A DNA stretch of 64,000 bases, taken from positions 19,156 through 83,155 of the forward strand of contig JBGSHK010000009.1 in the NCBI GenBank assembly GCA_041752275.1, read 5' to 3'. The DNA is from Minisyncoccia bacterium. Its GTDB lineage: Bacteria; Patescibacteriota; Minisyncoccia; Phycocordibacterales; CAIZLB01. Within the stretch, counting starts at the first letter, position 1, and the number at the start of each line of letters is the position of its first letter. The notes under the pieces are model-generated. The model had not been told where the DNA came from and did no database searches. It saw only the letters and a program-made list of their open reading frames with translations. A program made the position numbers and the translations under genes. This document shows positions 1 to 10,497 of this stretch, piece by piece.

Positions 1-189
1 CATGATCAAGCAAGCCCAAGTCCTCGATAAATGAGAACCTTCTTACGAAGTAAGTATCATCCCTTATGGCTACACGCTGGTCAGACAAACAATGATTCTT
101 TGCTTCAACTTATTGGGAATCAATATTGTCACTGCTGACTATCTGCTTGAAAATCCACCAACTGAGAGGTTTGTGGATTTTTCTTTTGT

Positions 190-1296
190 TTATACCCTAA
201 ACTCTATAACATCTCCATCCTTAACCACATACTCTTTCCCTTCAGTTTTTACCAAACCTTTCTCTCTGGCCACACTATAGGACCCGCTATCTATAAGGTC
301 AGACCAGAATACTATTTCAGCCCTTATAAACTTATCTTTAAAGTCAGTGTGTATAGCCGTTCCAGCCAAGGGAGCTGTCCATCCTTTTTCTATAGTCCAA
401 GCTCTTGTTTCCTCAACTCCTGTTGTAAAATAACTCATCACGTTCAACAGCTTGTACCCTGCTTTTATAAGATCATTTATACCATCATCATGAGTTCCAC
501 CTAACTCTTGTCTGAACATCTCTTTCTCTTCACCTTCAAAATCCTTCAAATCATTTTCAATCCTTGCATCAACTATAGTATAGATTGCATTTTCATTTTT
601 AAAATATTCCATCAAAGAAATATATCGAGGATCAGTTGTGTCGTCGATAATATTTTTACTTCCAGATTTTTTATTTAACACAAACATCACAGGCTTCATT
701 GTTATAAGCTGAACATTTTTATTTAACAAAACTTTTTGATCTGATGACAAGTCTGTTTTTGATGCGAATATATCTTTCTTCAAATTGTCCAAAACTTTAT
801 CAAGAATATCTTTCAAGATTAAAGCATCTTTATCATTTCTTTTTATATCTCGGTCCAGTGATGACAATCTTTTCTCAACAACTTGTTTATCAGCAATGAT
901 GAGCTCAAAGTTTATAATAGCTATATCATCAACAGGATCAACTTTTCCATGAACATGTATAAGATTGTTGTCCTCATAGACTCGAACCACATGAGCTATA
1001 GCATTCACCTCACGTATATGTTGTAGGAACTGATTTCCAAGACCCTCTCCCTCTGATGCACCTTTTACAAGCCCAGCGATGTCTACAAACTCGACGACTG
1101 CAGGGGCCGTTTTTTTAGTTTTAGAGAATGCCGCAAGTTTATACAGTCTTTCATCAGGCACAGCAACAACTCCCACAGATGGGTCTATAGTACAAAAAGG
1201 ATAGTTTTCAGCTGGAACTGATTTCTTTGTTATTGCATTAAATAATGTTGATTTGCCTACGTTAGGAAGGCCTACAATGCCACAGCTAAGATTCAT
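190..1296 (-). CDS. ychF: Ribosome-binding ATPase YchF (Obg-family P-loop GTPase)
   Basis: N-terminal G1 motif GIVGLPNVGKSTLFNAIT, C-terminal TGS domain ending ...KDGDVIEFRV; 368 aa, typical YchF length. Confidence 0.9.
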   Translation of the reverse strand: MNLSCGIVGLPNVGKSTLFNAITKKSVPAENYPFCTIDPSVGVVAVPDERLYKLAAFSKTKKTAPAVVEFVDIAGLVKGASEGEGLGNQFLQHIREVNAIAHVVRVYEDNNLIHVHGKVDPVDDIAIINFELIIADKQVVEKRLSSLDRDIKRNDKDALILKDILDKVLDNLKKDIFASKTDLSSDQKVLLNKNVQLITMKPVMFVLNKKSGSKNIIDDTTDPRYISLMEYFKNENAIYTIVDARIENDLKDFEGEEKEMFRQELGGTHDDGINDLIKAGYKLLNVMSYFTTGVEETRAWTIEKGWTAPLAGTAIHTDFKDKFIRAEIVFWSDLIDSGSYSVAREKGLVKTEGKEYVVKDGDVIEFRV

Positions 1297-1355
1297 GGTG
1301 GTAGTTTAGCATGTAGTGGGGTTTTTGGGAATGGAAAAACTTAAACAACAACCTC

Positions 1356-2213
1356 TTATTTAGAATCTTCTTCTATAGGTAATGGAACGTCCATACCTCT
1401 AACTTTTACATAACCTTTAGATAAAACTATGAGTACATAAGGCAAAGAAAATAGTGTTGTTATTAAAGATATAAAAATAATTTCAATTAAATATATGTCA
1501 GTTAACATATTTATCAAATATTTGTTTATAGACATTATTAAAATCTCAACAGGTATAGAAACAATAATCATAGCTATAATAATTTTCCATATATCATTCA
1601 TTTTAGTTACACCTAAAACTATAGATTCTTTAACTGCATCTCTTGCAGATATATCATCTTTAGAAAAGAAAATATTTTTATATAAAACAAATCGAGTCAT
1701 GTTTAAAATAATACCTACAAAAATAGTTATTCCCGCCAAATAAACAAGTGTAAGCGAGATAATATAATTTTGAGTTAATGTATAAAATTCATTTAATACA
1801 TAAACAGCACCCAACAAAAGAACGGCAACAATAATATATAGCGCCAATCTCTTCACTATATACAATAGGCCCCAAATATTAACCATTACAAATTTCCAAA
1901 TATTTTTCTTTTGAAAATTATAACCCTCTTTAACACTAAAAACTCCATTGTCCTCGTTTTTTTGTATAGAACGATTAAAAGCAGGAATAAAAAATAAACT
2001 AACGGAAATAATGGAAACAAAATATATTAAAAAGGCAATAAAAAAGTGTGTACCCTCAAATTGACCATTCTCCATATTTTCTTGTATACCGAAAGCATAA
2101 TATTGTGCAACTATAGTCAACAAAACTATAGGCCAAGCCATGGTAAATATTTTTTTAAAGTTTATCTTATAAGTCACAAAAGACTCTTTTAGAAGTTGTA
2201 TTGTTTTTATCAT
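1356..2213 (-). CDS. Hypothetical polytopic membrane protein
   Basis: 285-aa ORF with multiple hydrophobic segments and AT-rich codon usage; no recognisable motif. Confidence 0.45.
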   Translation of the reverse strand: MIKTIQLLKESFVTYKINFKKIFTMAWPIVLLTIVAQYYAFGIQENMENGQFEGTHFFIAFLIYFVSIISVSLFFIPAFNRSIQKNEDNGVFSVKEGYNFQKKNIWKFVMVNIWGLLYIVKRLALYIIVAVLLLGAVYVLNEFYTLTQNYIISLTLVYLAGITIFVGIILNMTRFVLYKNIFFSKDDISARDAVKESIVLGVTKMNDIWKIIIAMIIVSIPVEILIMSINKYLINMLTDIYLIEIIFISLITTLFSLPYVLIVLSKGYVKVRGMDVPLPIEEDSK

Positions 2214-2266
2214 ATACTAATTATACCCATATTACATAAAAATAGTAAATACGTTATAATCCACTC

Positions 2267-3637
2267 ATGCCCATAAAACTCTATAACACCCTTTCAAAAG
2301 AAACCGAAGAAGTAAAACCTATAAAAGAAAACGAGATTTCAATGTATCATTGTGGTCCTACTGTTTATGATTATTTACATATTGGAAATATGAAAATGTA
2401 TGTGTTCGCGGACATACTTAGACGCACTTTTGAATATTCAGGATATAAAGTTAATCAGGTTATAAACATAACTGATGTCGGTCACCTTGTATCAGACGCT
2501 GACGAAGGTGAAGATAAGATGGAAAAAGCTGCAATAAAAAACAATAAAACCGCCAAAGAGATTGCAGAATTTTTTACAAATATTTTCTTTGAAAATTTAG
2601 AAAAAATGAATATAAAATCCGAAGGAACTATTTTTCCAAAAGCAACTGACAATATCCCTGAGCAGATTGCACTTATACAAAAACTAGAAGCGGAAAATCA
2701 TACATATAAAACAGAAGATGGTATTTATTTTGATGTATCAACTTTTCCTGATTATGGCAAGCTTGGAAATATTGACCTTAAAGGACTGCAGGCTGGTCAC
2801 AGAGTTGAATTTAATGAAGAAAAACATACACCATTTGACTTTGCTTTATGGAAATTTTCACCTGTAGAGGAGAAACGTCAACAAGAATGGGACTCTCCTT
2901 GGGGTGTGGGTTTTCCTGGTTGGCATATAGAATGTTCTGCTATGGCCCAAAAATACCTAGGAAACACTTTTGATATACATACTGGCGGTATAGATCATAT
3001 ACCAGGACATCACAATAATGAAATAGCACAGAGTGAATGCGCTAATCATGCTCCCCTTGCAAATATTTGGATGCATGGAGCCTTTATGAATTGGAAAGAT
3101 AAAAAAATGAGTAAATCAGATGGATCTTTTATAACATTGGCTGATTTACAAAAACAAAACATTTTCCCACTGTCATACAGATATTTTTTATTGCAAGCGA
3201 GATATAGTCAACCACTTTTCTTTGAATTAACAGATATTCAAGCATCACAAACAGCTTATCATCGTCTTAAAAATCGTATACAAGATATTTTAAAAAATGA
3301 GACAGAAAACCTAGAGGAAAAAAGTATAGAAAATAAAATCACTGAAATCATAGAAAATGATTTAGACACACCAAACCTTCTGGCATATCTTTGGGAGCTT
3401 ATTAATGCTCAAAAAATTAATAAGAGTATTATAGAAAAATTTGACTCCATACTTGGTCTTAAACTTTTAGAGCGAGATATTATTCCAGATGAAGTTCTGA
3501 CCCTTCAAAAAGAAAGAGATATAGCTCGGACAAATAAAGACTTTGCAAAGTCCGATGAACTTCGTGACAAAATAAAAAACCTCGGATATCAAGTGCTAGA
3601 CAGCAATGACGAATCCGAGATAGTTAAAAGTTGGTAA
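2267..3637 (+). CDS. cysS: Cysteinyl-tRNA synthetase
   Basis: Class I motifs HIGH ([13 protein letters not shown]) and KMSKS (KMSKSDGSF); 456 aa. Confidence 0.92.
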   Translation: MPIKLYNTLSKETEEVKPIKENEISMYHCGPTVYDYLHIGNMKMYVFADILRRTFEYSGYKVNQVINITDVGHLVSDADEGEDKMEKAAIKNNKTAKEIAEFFTNIFFENLEKMNIKSEGTIFPKATDNIPEQIALIQKLEAENHTYKTEDGIYFDVSTFPDYGKLGNIDLKGLQAGHRVEFNEEKHTPFDFALWKFSPVEEKRQQEWDSPWGVGFPGWHIECSAMAQKYLGNTFDIHTGGIDHIPGHHNNEIAQSECANHAPLANIWMHGAFMNWKDKKMSKSDGSFITLADLQKQNIFPLSYRYFLLQARYSQPLFFELTDIQASQTAYHRLKNRIQDILKNETENLEEKSIENKITEIIENDLDTPNLLAYLWELINAQKINKSIIEKFDSILGLKLLERDIIPDEVLTLQKERDIARTNKDFAKSDELRDKIKNLGYQVLDSNDESEIVKSW

Positions 3638-3822
3638 CATATCCAAGTGTGGACGACATATAGTAAGAAAAAAAGGTAAAAACTTACTTACATCATCCAC
3701 ACTTGGAACCATGTTCCACGAGCGCAACTAGTCCAACCAAAAAAGCTATACTCTTAATATGTTATCACACGGCTTATTTTTGTCAACAGCAATATGACTC
3801 ATGTATTTGATATACTTTATAT

Positions 3823-4281
3823 ATGTCAATAATACTTTTGTATATATTTCATCATATTATATTATCTTTAGGTCTGGCATCATCCATAGTTATAGATATC
3901 TTTATAATAATAGTTGAAAAAACTAAGAAAATAAGAGGTATTGAGAAAAGTATTATGAATAGAGTTATGTCCTACTCTTTTATTTCCTCTATGTTTATTT
4001 TTGTTATACAACTTATGTATTTTGCTTATATATATCTTAGTATAAACTCATTTAGTCCAAAGGTTTATGTTTTTAGTCTTATAACTTTTATACTCTCTGG
4101 GGTTCTTGTTTTTTGCACAGCAACACAAAAATATTATCAGTTTAAAATATTAAACAGATATCAAGAACAACATCATCACCTGTCGGATAGCTTTATAAAT
4201 CACCATAAAGAGTTTAAACAAACTTCTGTAATCATTTTTGTTCTTTGGCTAGCTTTATACATCTCTTATATTTTGATATAG
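3823..4281 (+). CDS. Hypothetical small membrane protein
   Basis: 152-aa hydrophobic ORF with no recognisable motif. Confidence 0.3.
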   Translation: MSIILLYIFHHIILSLGLASSIVIDIFIIIVEKTKKIRGIEKSIMNRVMSYSFISSMFIFVIQLMYFAYIYLSINSFSPKVYVFSLITFILSGVLVFCTATQKYYQFKILNRYQEQHHHLSDSFINHHKEFKQTSVIIFVLWLALYISYILI

Positions 4282-4288
4282 ATAACAT

Positions 4289-5695
4289 ATGCAAACCTCA
4301 ACCAAGTTCACAAAACAAAACGCGCAGGCTACAGCCATACATAACCTTAAACTACCACCCTACAGTTTAGAGGCTGAGCAGGCTGTGCTTGGATCTATCA
4401 TGATACGACCGGACGCATATGCTGAGATAGCTGACATTATCAGTGAGGAAAACTTTTATAGTGAAAAACATAAAAAGATTTTTAAAGGCACACTTGAGCT
4501 TTTAGAAAAAGGAAATCCTGTGGACTATCTTTCTTTAAAAAACACACTTGATAACATGGGCTATCTGGATCAGATCGGCGGTGCATCTTATCTTGCTGAA
4601 CTTGTACAGATGGTTCCATCTTCTTCAAACATAGAGTATTACGCTCGTATACTTGAAAAAAAGTTTATGATGAGGCATCTTATAAATGCAGCTGAGCGTA
4701 TAGGTAGTCTCGGTTATGCTGAGCAAGGTGATCTTGAAGAAATAATGGATACAGCCGAGAAAGAAATATTTTCTATAACAAATAAAAAAAGTAAAACTAC
4801 TGTCACTTCGATGCGTGAAGGTTTGATAGAGGCTTGGGATAGTATAGACAGAATACATAACTCAGGGGACGAACTTCGTGGTGTACCTACCGGTTTTCCT
4901 GACTTGGACAACAAGTTATCAGGTCTTCAAAAATCAGATCTAATCATCCTTGCGGCTCGTCCATCTTGCGGTAAGACATCTCTTGCACTTGATATAGCAA
5001 AAAACGCTGCAGTACATCATGGTGTACCGGTACTCATATTTTCTCTAGAGATGAGTAGTCAACAGCTTTTATATCGTATGATATCATCTCACTCTCGTGT
5101 AGACTCATGGAAACTACGAACTGGAAAACTTAACCTTAACAACTCTGAAGAATATGAAAGACTGCAGAACGGTATATCAGAACTTTCTAATGCGCCGATC
5201 TATATCGACGATCAAGCTGGAACAAACATAGTGAAGATGCGTAGTACTGCAAGAAAGATCAAGTCTGAAAGAAAACTGGGTCTTATAGTGGTCGATTATT
5301 TGCAGCTTATGTCCGCAACACAAAGTCGTAACTCAGATAACGTTGTGCAGCAGATATCAGAGATATCAAAATCTTTGAAACATCTAGCACGTGAACTTGA
5401 TGTACCAGTACTTGCCTTGTCACAGTTGTCTCGTGCTGTTGAGCAAAGACAAGGAAAGCCTAGACTATCCGACCTTCGTGACTCAGGTTCGATCGAGCAA
5501 GATGCCGACATTGTTATGTTCATACATAGAGAAGATAAGTATAAAGATCATTCAGAGCGCGACAACATCGCCGAGATACTCATAGAGAAGCATAGAAACG
5601 GTCCTACAGGTGCTATAAAGCTCAAGTTTGATGATAAACATTCATCTTTTGTATCTCTTGAAAAGGGTGATTATAGTGACTTTGACCATGAGTAA
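4289..5695 (+). CDS. dnaB: Replicative DNA helicase DnaB
   Basis: N-terminal LPPYSLEAEQAVLGSIM, Walker A ARPSCGKTSLALDIA, RecA-like core; 468 aa. Confidence 0.93.
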   Translation: MQTSTKFTKQNAQATAIHNLKLPPYSLEAEQAVLGSIMIRPDAYAEIADIISEENFYSEKHKKIFKGTLELLEKGNPVDYLSLKNTLDNMGYLDQIGGASYLAELVQMVPSSSNIEYYARILEKKFMMRHLINAAERIGSLGYAEQGDLEEIMDTAEKEIFSITNKKSKTTVTSMREGLIEAWDSIDRIHNSGDELRGVPTGFPDLDNKLSGLQKSDLIILAARPSCGKTSLALDIAKNAAVHHGVPVLIFSLEMSSQQLLYRMISSHSRVDSWKLRTGKLNLNNSEEYERLQNGISELSNAPIYIDDQAGTNIVKMRSTARKIKSERKLGLIVVDYLQLMSATQSRNSDNVVQQISEISKSLKHLARELDVPVLALSQLSRAVEQRQGKPRLSDLRDSGSIEQDADIVMFIHREDKYKDHSERDNIAEILIEKHRNGPTGAIKLKFDDKHSSFVSLEKGDYSDFDHE

Positions 5696-5710
5696 AACTA
5701 AACATTTATT

Positions 5711-6307
5711 ATGGAAGAACTTATAGAATTATTTAAAAAATTCCCTGGCATAGGCCCAAGACAAGCTAAACGGTTTGTGTCTTTTTTGATGCATACCAAC
5801 AACAGTTATAGACAAGAACTCATCACTGGTATAAGTCATGTAAATGATAAAGTTATAACTTGTGTTGAATGTAATCGTAAATTTATTAATTATAAAAATA
5901 CAGATAAGTGTCCGGTATGTGCAAAAAAAAGAGATGATAAAAATCTGCTTATACTCGCCTATGACAATGATATAGAAATATTTGAGAGAACTATGGCCTA
6001 TAGTGGTCAGTATTTTATTCTTGGAAAATATATACCACTGTTCTCTGAGAAGGCTCACGAGTATATAGACTTTGATAAGTTATACAAAAGAATAGAAAAT
6101 TTACAAACGAAAGGATTGGAGGAAATAATCTTGGCGTTGAATGCAACTAGTGATGGAGATTATACGATTAAGATATTGAAGGAAAATTTGGGGCGAAAAT
6201 TCCCATCTGCGAAAATCTCACTCCTTGGTCGTGGAATATCAACCGGGTCCGAGATAGAATATGCTGATCAGGAGACATTGCGTGAGGCGCTCCGGTTTAG
6301 GCGGTAA
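5711..6307 (+). CDS. recR: Recombination protein RecR
   Basis: N-terminal FPGIGPRQAKRFVSFL (helix-hairpin-helix), C4 zinc finger CVEC...CPVC, Toprim region; 198 aa. Confidence 0.92.
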   Translation: MEELIELFKKFPGIGPRQAKRFVSFLMHTNNSYRQELITGISHVNDKVITCVECNRKFINYKNTDKCPVCAKKRDDKNLLILAYDNDIEIFERTMAYSGQYFILGKYIPLFSEKAHEYIDFDKLYKRIENLQTKGLEEIILALNATSDGDYTIKILKENLGRKFPSAKISLLGRGISTGSEIEYADQETLREALRFRR

Positions 6308-6354
6308 GAAAAAGCCCCACCCCGGTGTGAACCAGGGAGGGTCTTGAATGAATT

Positions 6355-7017
6355 CTAACTAAGAGGATCCAGTGTAGGTACAGTTTTGTATAATAAGCCA
6401 GGTGCTTGTGTAAGATCAATGAAACCTCGCTTGATTTTAAAAAATTGATCATACGAAATGTAACCAGAACCAGCAAGATGTTCATGATAATAATACGTCT
6501 CAGTCCCTAGTGAAAAATCCTTGAGCCAATATAGGTCAATACCCAGTACCTTCATTAACTCGGTCACAAAATCTACAACCGCATCACAAAATGATCCATT
6601 GGGACGAAATGAGATTTTAAAGCTGCGATTACAGTCTGTTGAAACTTTAAAAAACAATCTTCTTACTGAAATAGATTCAATTCTTTTTATGATCTCATTC
6701 CGACACCTAGAATCTGGAGTCCCTGTGATTTCAAAACCAATAAGTGCATATCCATCAAGAACTTGAATAGCATGTGTTTTTTTCATCCAATATACCTCGT
6801 CTTTGTATGAGGGTTTAACTGGTTTTAGGTTGGTTTTCCAATCTGGTTCTTGCTGTCCAGTATTTCTCCAAATTAACCATGTTCTCTGCCATTTTTTATT
6901 TTTCATAATGTACTCACCACCCATAGACTTAAACACCATGTTTAAGTGGTTGCCATCAATAACAACTCTTTGAGGTAGCAGGTTTACAATATAATAAATA
7001 AAAAAATCTGTCAACAA
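6355..7017 (-). CDS. Hypothetical protein, compositionally atypical (higher GC, fewer Lys/Ile/Asn)
   Basis: 220-aa ORF with no recognised motif. It sits immediately downstream of rplU, where rpmA (L27) would normally be. GC-rich flanks at 6300-6360 and 7020-7040. Confidence 0.4.
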   Translation of the reverse strand: MLTDFFIYYIVNLLPQRVVIDGNHLNMVFKSMGGEYIMKNKKWQRTWLIWRNTGQQEPDWKTNLKPVKPSYKDEVYWMKKTHAIQVLDGYALIGFEITGTPDSRCRNEIIKRIESISVRRLFFKVSTDCNRSFKISFRPNGSFCDAVVDFVTELMKVLGIDLYWLKDFSLGTETYYYHEHLAGSGYISYDQFFKIKRGFIDLTQAPGLLYKTVPTLDPLS

Positions 7018-7049
7018 AAAAACACCCTCCCGGGCGTCTTCATCTTTCT

Positions 7050-7415
7050 TTACTTTATCTCCTCGATCTTCACTGCAAAGTAAGGTTGTCTGTGGCCATT
7101 CTTCACAAAGTATTTAGACTTTTGTTTGAACTTTCCTACAACGATCTTAGCTGCTCTATCGATCTCTGTAATAGTTGCCTTAACTGTAGACCCTACAATA
7201 GTTGGAGCTCCTAGTGTCAAAGTTGTTCCATCATCTTTCAAAAGGACCATATCAAATGACACTGAGTCACCTACTTTATACTCTTCTCTTGATTCTTGTA
7301 GAAGTTTTTCTATCTTTACAGTATCTCCTACTTGTACACGGTATTGCTTACCACCTGTTTTAATAACAGCTTGTGGTCCTGTGTTTTTCTCTTTTATTTC
7401 TTTAATTGTTGGCAT
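7050..7415 (-). CDS. rplU: 50S ribosomal protein L21
   Basis: AVIKTGGKQYRVQVGDTVKIEKL matches the bL21 N-terminus; 121 aa. Confidence 0.9.
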   Translation of the reverse strand: MPTIKEIKEKNTGPQAVIKTGGKQYRVQVGDTVKIEKLLQESREEYKVGDSVSFDMVLLKDDGTTLTLGAPTIVGSTVKATITEIDRAAKIVVGKFKQKSKYFVKNGHRQPYFAVKIEEIK

Positions 7416-7454
7416 AGTTCCTAAATATTAACCTATTCTTGAGTAAAAAGCAAG

Positions 7455-7483
7455 ATAAAAACCCGGGGTCCGATTAAGGACCC
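7455..7483 (-). terminator. Intrinsic terminator downstream of ORF 7515..8222
   Basis: Minus strand: GGGTCC-ttaatc-GGACCC hairpin followed by a T-run (the plus strand shows aaaaa before the hairpin). Confidence 0.45.
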
Positions 7484-7514
7484 ACAGGTTATGGAAATAA
7501 TAGGTTATTGACCT

Positions 7515-8222
7515 CTATTTATAACGAAGTGGCGGCTGAGGAGCAGTTACCAAGTCATAAAATTCATTATATGTAAGACTGTATGGAAATTTATCCTCCC
7601 TCCATGACAGAAGTACAACTAGCATATAAAAATGACGAATATGCCCCGGTAAAACCGACTTGTCTACATTCATACCTTTTATACCAAAGACTTTAAAGAA
7701 TTCAGTATTGGGCAAAGGTTTAAGAATCTCTTCTTTCCAAGCTTGAAGTGAGCCAATAAACTGATCAACTTTCCTAGAAATATCACCAGAAAGTTGTATC
7801 AACACAGACTCACATGAATGTAGTGACTCTGTAATATCCGGACAATAGTTTTTGGTCAACCTTCTTGCCCTAAACATCTCTTCATCAAAAATGAAGTGGT
7901 GTGAGAAGGCGGTTTGTTGAATATTCACTCCATCATTGTCACAATCCCCCTCTACTGTTACTTCATAGCCTATATAAAACAAGCTGGATCGAAATACTCC
8001 ATCCTGAGAAAGATTGATGGATTTATACCATGTCTCATCAGAATCTTTTTCAAGAACAAAAATGAAATCACGACCAGCGATAAATTTTTTTTCCGGATAA
8101 TCACTAGGTTTAGGAATTAAAAAACTAAGATTTCGATCGCTGTGAGCATAAGCCAATAATCCATCAACACGGACAAAACCAGCTTGCTCAAGTTCTTTTT
8201 GATATTGATTCAATTCTTTCAT
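7515..8222 (-). CDS. Hypothetical protein, compositionally atypical
   Basis: 235-aa ORF with no recognised motif and its own terminator. Amino-acid composition is unlike the neighbouring Lys/Ile-rich proteins. Confidence 0.4.
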   Translation of the reverse strand: MKELNQYQKELEQAGFVRVDGLLAYAHSDRNLSFLIPKPSDYPEKKFIAGRDFIFVLEKDSDETWYKSINLSQDGVFRSSLFYIGYEVTVEGDCDNDGVNIQQTAFSHHFIFDEEMFRARRLTKNYCPDITESLHSCESVLIQLSGDISRKVDQFIGSLQAWKEEILKPLPNTEFFKVFGIKGMNVDKSVLPGHIRHFYMLVVLLSWREDKFPYSLTYNEFYDLVTAPQPPLRYK

Positions 8223-8284
8223 AATGTTCTGTTGTTAGACAACCTGAACTATATCACCCTCACCTCAAAAATCAACAGTATTTT

Positions 8285-8764
8285 TTAAACCAGCGGATTT
8301 TTCTTACTCATCAAGAACACCGATAACATAGGAACTATCATACAGGTCAAATAGCCTAAATTTCCTTGAAAAAAGACCTCGAAAGGCTTATCTAGGTTAA
8401 ACACATCTTTATCAGGTAAAACATGAAAACAAATCCCTATAGTAAGAATAACTATACCTGTAGCAAGTAAAACAGACTCTCCTATACCTTTTATATTTTG
8501 ATGTGACTTGTAGTTATCAACAATACGCATCAAAGCGATATATACCGGAATTAAAACTAAGAGAAATATTATAAGATTATTTATGAAAATATTTTGACCA
8601 AAAAGTGTATTTATTTTTTCTGCTCCAAAATACTCGACTATAGCTTTATAAATAATTATAGTTGGATATGCCATGACAATAATTTTAAATAAATGACCTT
8701 TACCTTTGAGAAATGAAAGAAGAATTAATACTAAAAGTACTATGTAGAGTGTTAAATATTGCAT
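8285..8764 (-). CDS. Hypothetical membrane protein
   Basis: 159 aa with 4-5 hydrophobic helices. Confidence 0.4.
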   Translation of the reverse strand: MQYLTLYIVLLVLILLSFLKGKGHLFKIIVMAYPTIIIYKAIVEYFGAEKINTLFGQNIFINNLIIFLLVLIPVYIALMRIVDNYKSHQNIKGIGESVLLATGIVILTIGICFHVLPDKDVFNLDKPFEVFFQGNLGYLTCMIVPMLSVFLMSKKNPLV

Positions 8765-8889
8765 GTGTATATTGTAGCAAATTTTTTGATCTAATAAAAT
8801 TATTTATGTAGCAAAATCATCCACAGATTTAATTTCTCCTAGAGAAATAAAATCGAGGACCTCTGATTGAGTGGAGTAAATAATTTTTT

Positions 8890-9978
8890 TTAATATCCGA
8901 GATTTTGCAAATCTTTGACAATCTTTTTCACCTCACCTCCAACCTTCTTCGGCATATCAACCTTCAAGGTTATATGCATATCATCTCTCCTAGAAGTATC
9001 AACAAAGCCTCCTTTCTCCTTCGCTCGAAGTATATCTCCAGTATTTGATCCATGTGGCACAGTCAAAGTAAAATCACCGTCATAAGAGTTTACTTTTACG
9101 TCTCCACCACCGATCGCAACAGACAGTGGTATATGTAAACTCATATAAACTTTAGTTCTGTCTTTTCTAAAAACTGCATCTGGTTTTATAGTTACTTTAA
9201 TATAAAGATTTCCATCCACACCTCCTGCAATAGATTCACCTCGTCCCATAACTCTTAACTGCTCACCATTTTCTATACCTGATGGTATATGTATTGTTAT
9301 ATTTTCTTTTTCTTTTATAACACCCGCTCCGTGACATGTTTTACATTTGTTTGTTGGAATCTTACCTGTACCTTCACAATAATCACAAATATATTGCTGT
9401 TGTATATTTCCTAAAATAGTTCTCTGAACTTTTGTGGTAAAACCTTGTCCTTCACAATGTGAACATTTTTTAAGATCTGTTCCTTTCGACCCTTTACAGG
9501 TATCACATGTTTTATGTCTGTTATATTCTATAGTTTTGTCTATTCCTAAAACTGATTCTTTAAAAGATAACTGAACACTTATAACTATATCCTCACCTTT
9601 TTTTTGCTGTGATTGTCCGCGACCTCTACCTCGTCCTGCTCCACCAAAAAAAGATCCGAAAACATCCCCCATATCAAACTCATAGCCTTGTCCGCCCTGA
9701 CCACCAAAACCTGAGAAATCAAAGCCATCAAAACCTTGACCATATCCCCCTTGCCCACCCCCCATCCCTGGTCCAGCCGAACCAAAAGTGTCATATTGTT
9801 GTCTTTTTTTACTATCAGATAAAGTAGAATAAGCCTCGTTTACTTCTTTAAACTTTTCATCTTGACCACCTGTTTTATCTGGATGATGTTCAAGTGCAAG
9901 GCGCCGAAAGGCTTTTTTTATCTCATCTGGTGTAGCGTTTTTATCTACTCCTAGTGTTTTATAATAATCTTTACTCAT
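8890..9978 (-). CDS. dnaJ: Chaperone DnaJ
   Basis: J-domain [31 protein letters not shown], a Gly/Phe-rich region, and four CxxCxGxG zinc-finger repeats. Confidence 0.92.
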   Translation of the reverse strand: MSKDYYKTLGVDKNATPDEIKKAFRRLALEHHPDKTGGQDEKFKEVNEAYSTLSDSKKRQQYDTFGSAGPGMGGGQGGYGQGFDGFDFSGFGGQGGQGYEFDMGDVFGSFFGGAGRGRGRGQSQQKKGEDIVISVQLSFKESVLGIDKTIEYNRHKTCDTCKGSKGTDLKKCSHCEGQGFTTKVQRTILGNIQQQYICDYCEGTGKIPTNKCKTCHGAGVIKEKENITIHIPSGIENGEQLRVMGRGESIAGGVDGNLYIKVTIKPDAVFRKDRTKVYMSLHIPLSVAIGGGDVKVNSYDGDFTLTVPHGSNTGDILRAKEKGGFVDTSRRDDMHITLKVDMPKKVGGEVKKIVKDLQNLGY

Positions 9979-10044
9979 AGTTTTTATATAATATCATATC
10001 TGTCAATGTTTTTGGAGTTTTTTGTAACTTTTGGATAAATAACA

Positions 10045-10434
10045 ATGAGACTTTACTTTATAGATATATTGTTGTATATTTTCATTTGTCAGAACAACTC
10101 AAAAATTATGGAAAAACAATTTGCAAAGATATTTCCAATAAAAGTTATTTTTTATTCCAAAAAAGGTCTAACCGCATCAAAAGATACTTATCAAATGTGG
10201 ACACCTGGTTTAAACGAGCATTTATTACAAATAGATAATAGGGGTGAATTTTATTTAGATGATGTTCATTATGTAAATTTACAAGGCATTAATTATCCCG
10301 TTATTCAATCAGTAAAGGAGCAAGGTCTTGTTTTTGTAACCTTAACCCAAAACAAAAATAATGGTGTGTTAGAAGTGGGTGTAAACTCAACCTTGGATGA
10401 AATTCTAAGACTAAGAGTCTCTTTAAGAAAATAG
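10045..10434 (+). CDS. Hypothetical protein
   Basis: 129-aa ORF with no motif. Confidence 0.3.
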   Translation: MRLYFIDILLYIFICQNNSKIMEKQFAKIFPIKVIFYSKKGLTASKDTYQMWTPGLNEHLLQIDNRGEFYLDDVHYVNLQGINYPVIQSVKEQGLVFVTLTQNKNNGVLEVGVNSTLDEILRLRVSLRK

Positions 10435-10450
10435 GCAGAAAATACTACAC

Positions 10451-10497
10451 AAAAAAATCCAACTCTCAGTATATATTGAGAGTTGGCATTTTATTTT
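10451..10497. terminator. Bidirectional intrinsic terminator between convergent genes
   Basis: A-run, then CCAACTCTCA-gtatatat-TGAGAGTTGG (10-bp perfect stem), then a T-run. Confidence 0.7.

Noticed and set aside
1495-1743. Numerous antisense or embedded ORFs in the track (e.g. 1495..1743, 4625..4858, 5296..5523, 9585..9827, 13098..13304, 27570..27845, 39136..39528, 50363..50665, 53935..54228, 56027..56305).
   Set aside because: Each lies entirely inside, and antisense to or out of frame with, a well-supported conserved gene. They show no independent signals and are typical six-frame artefacts.
8765-8890. Repeated TGTAGCAAA motif (x2) between dnaJ and the downstream membrane-protein gene, considered as an operator.
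   Set aside because: Only two short copies without dyad symmetry. It could be a chance occurrence in AT-rich DNA and is not strong enough to call.
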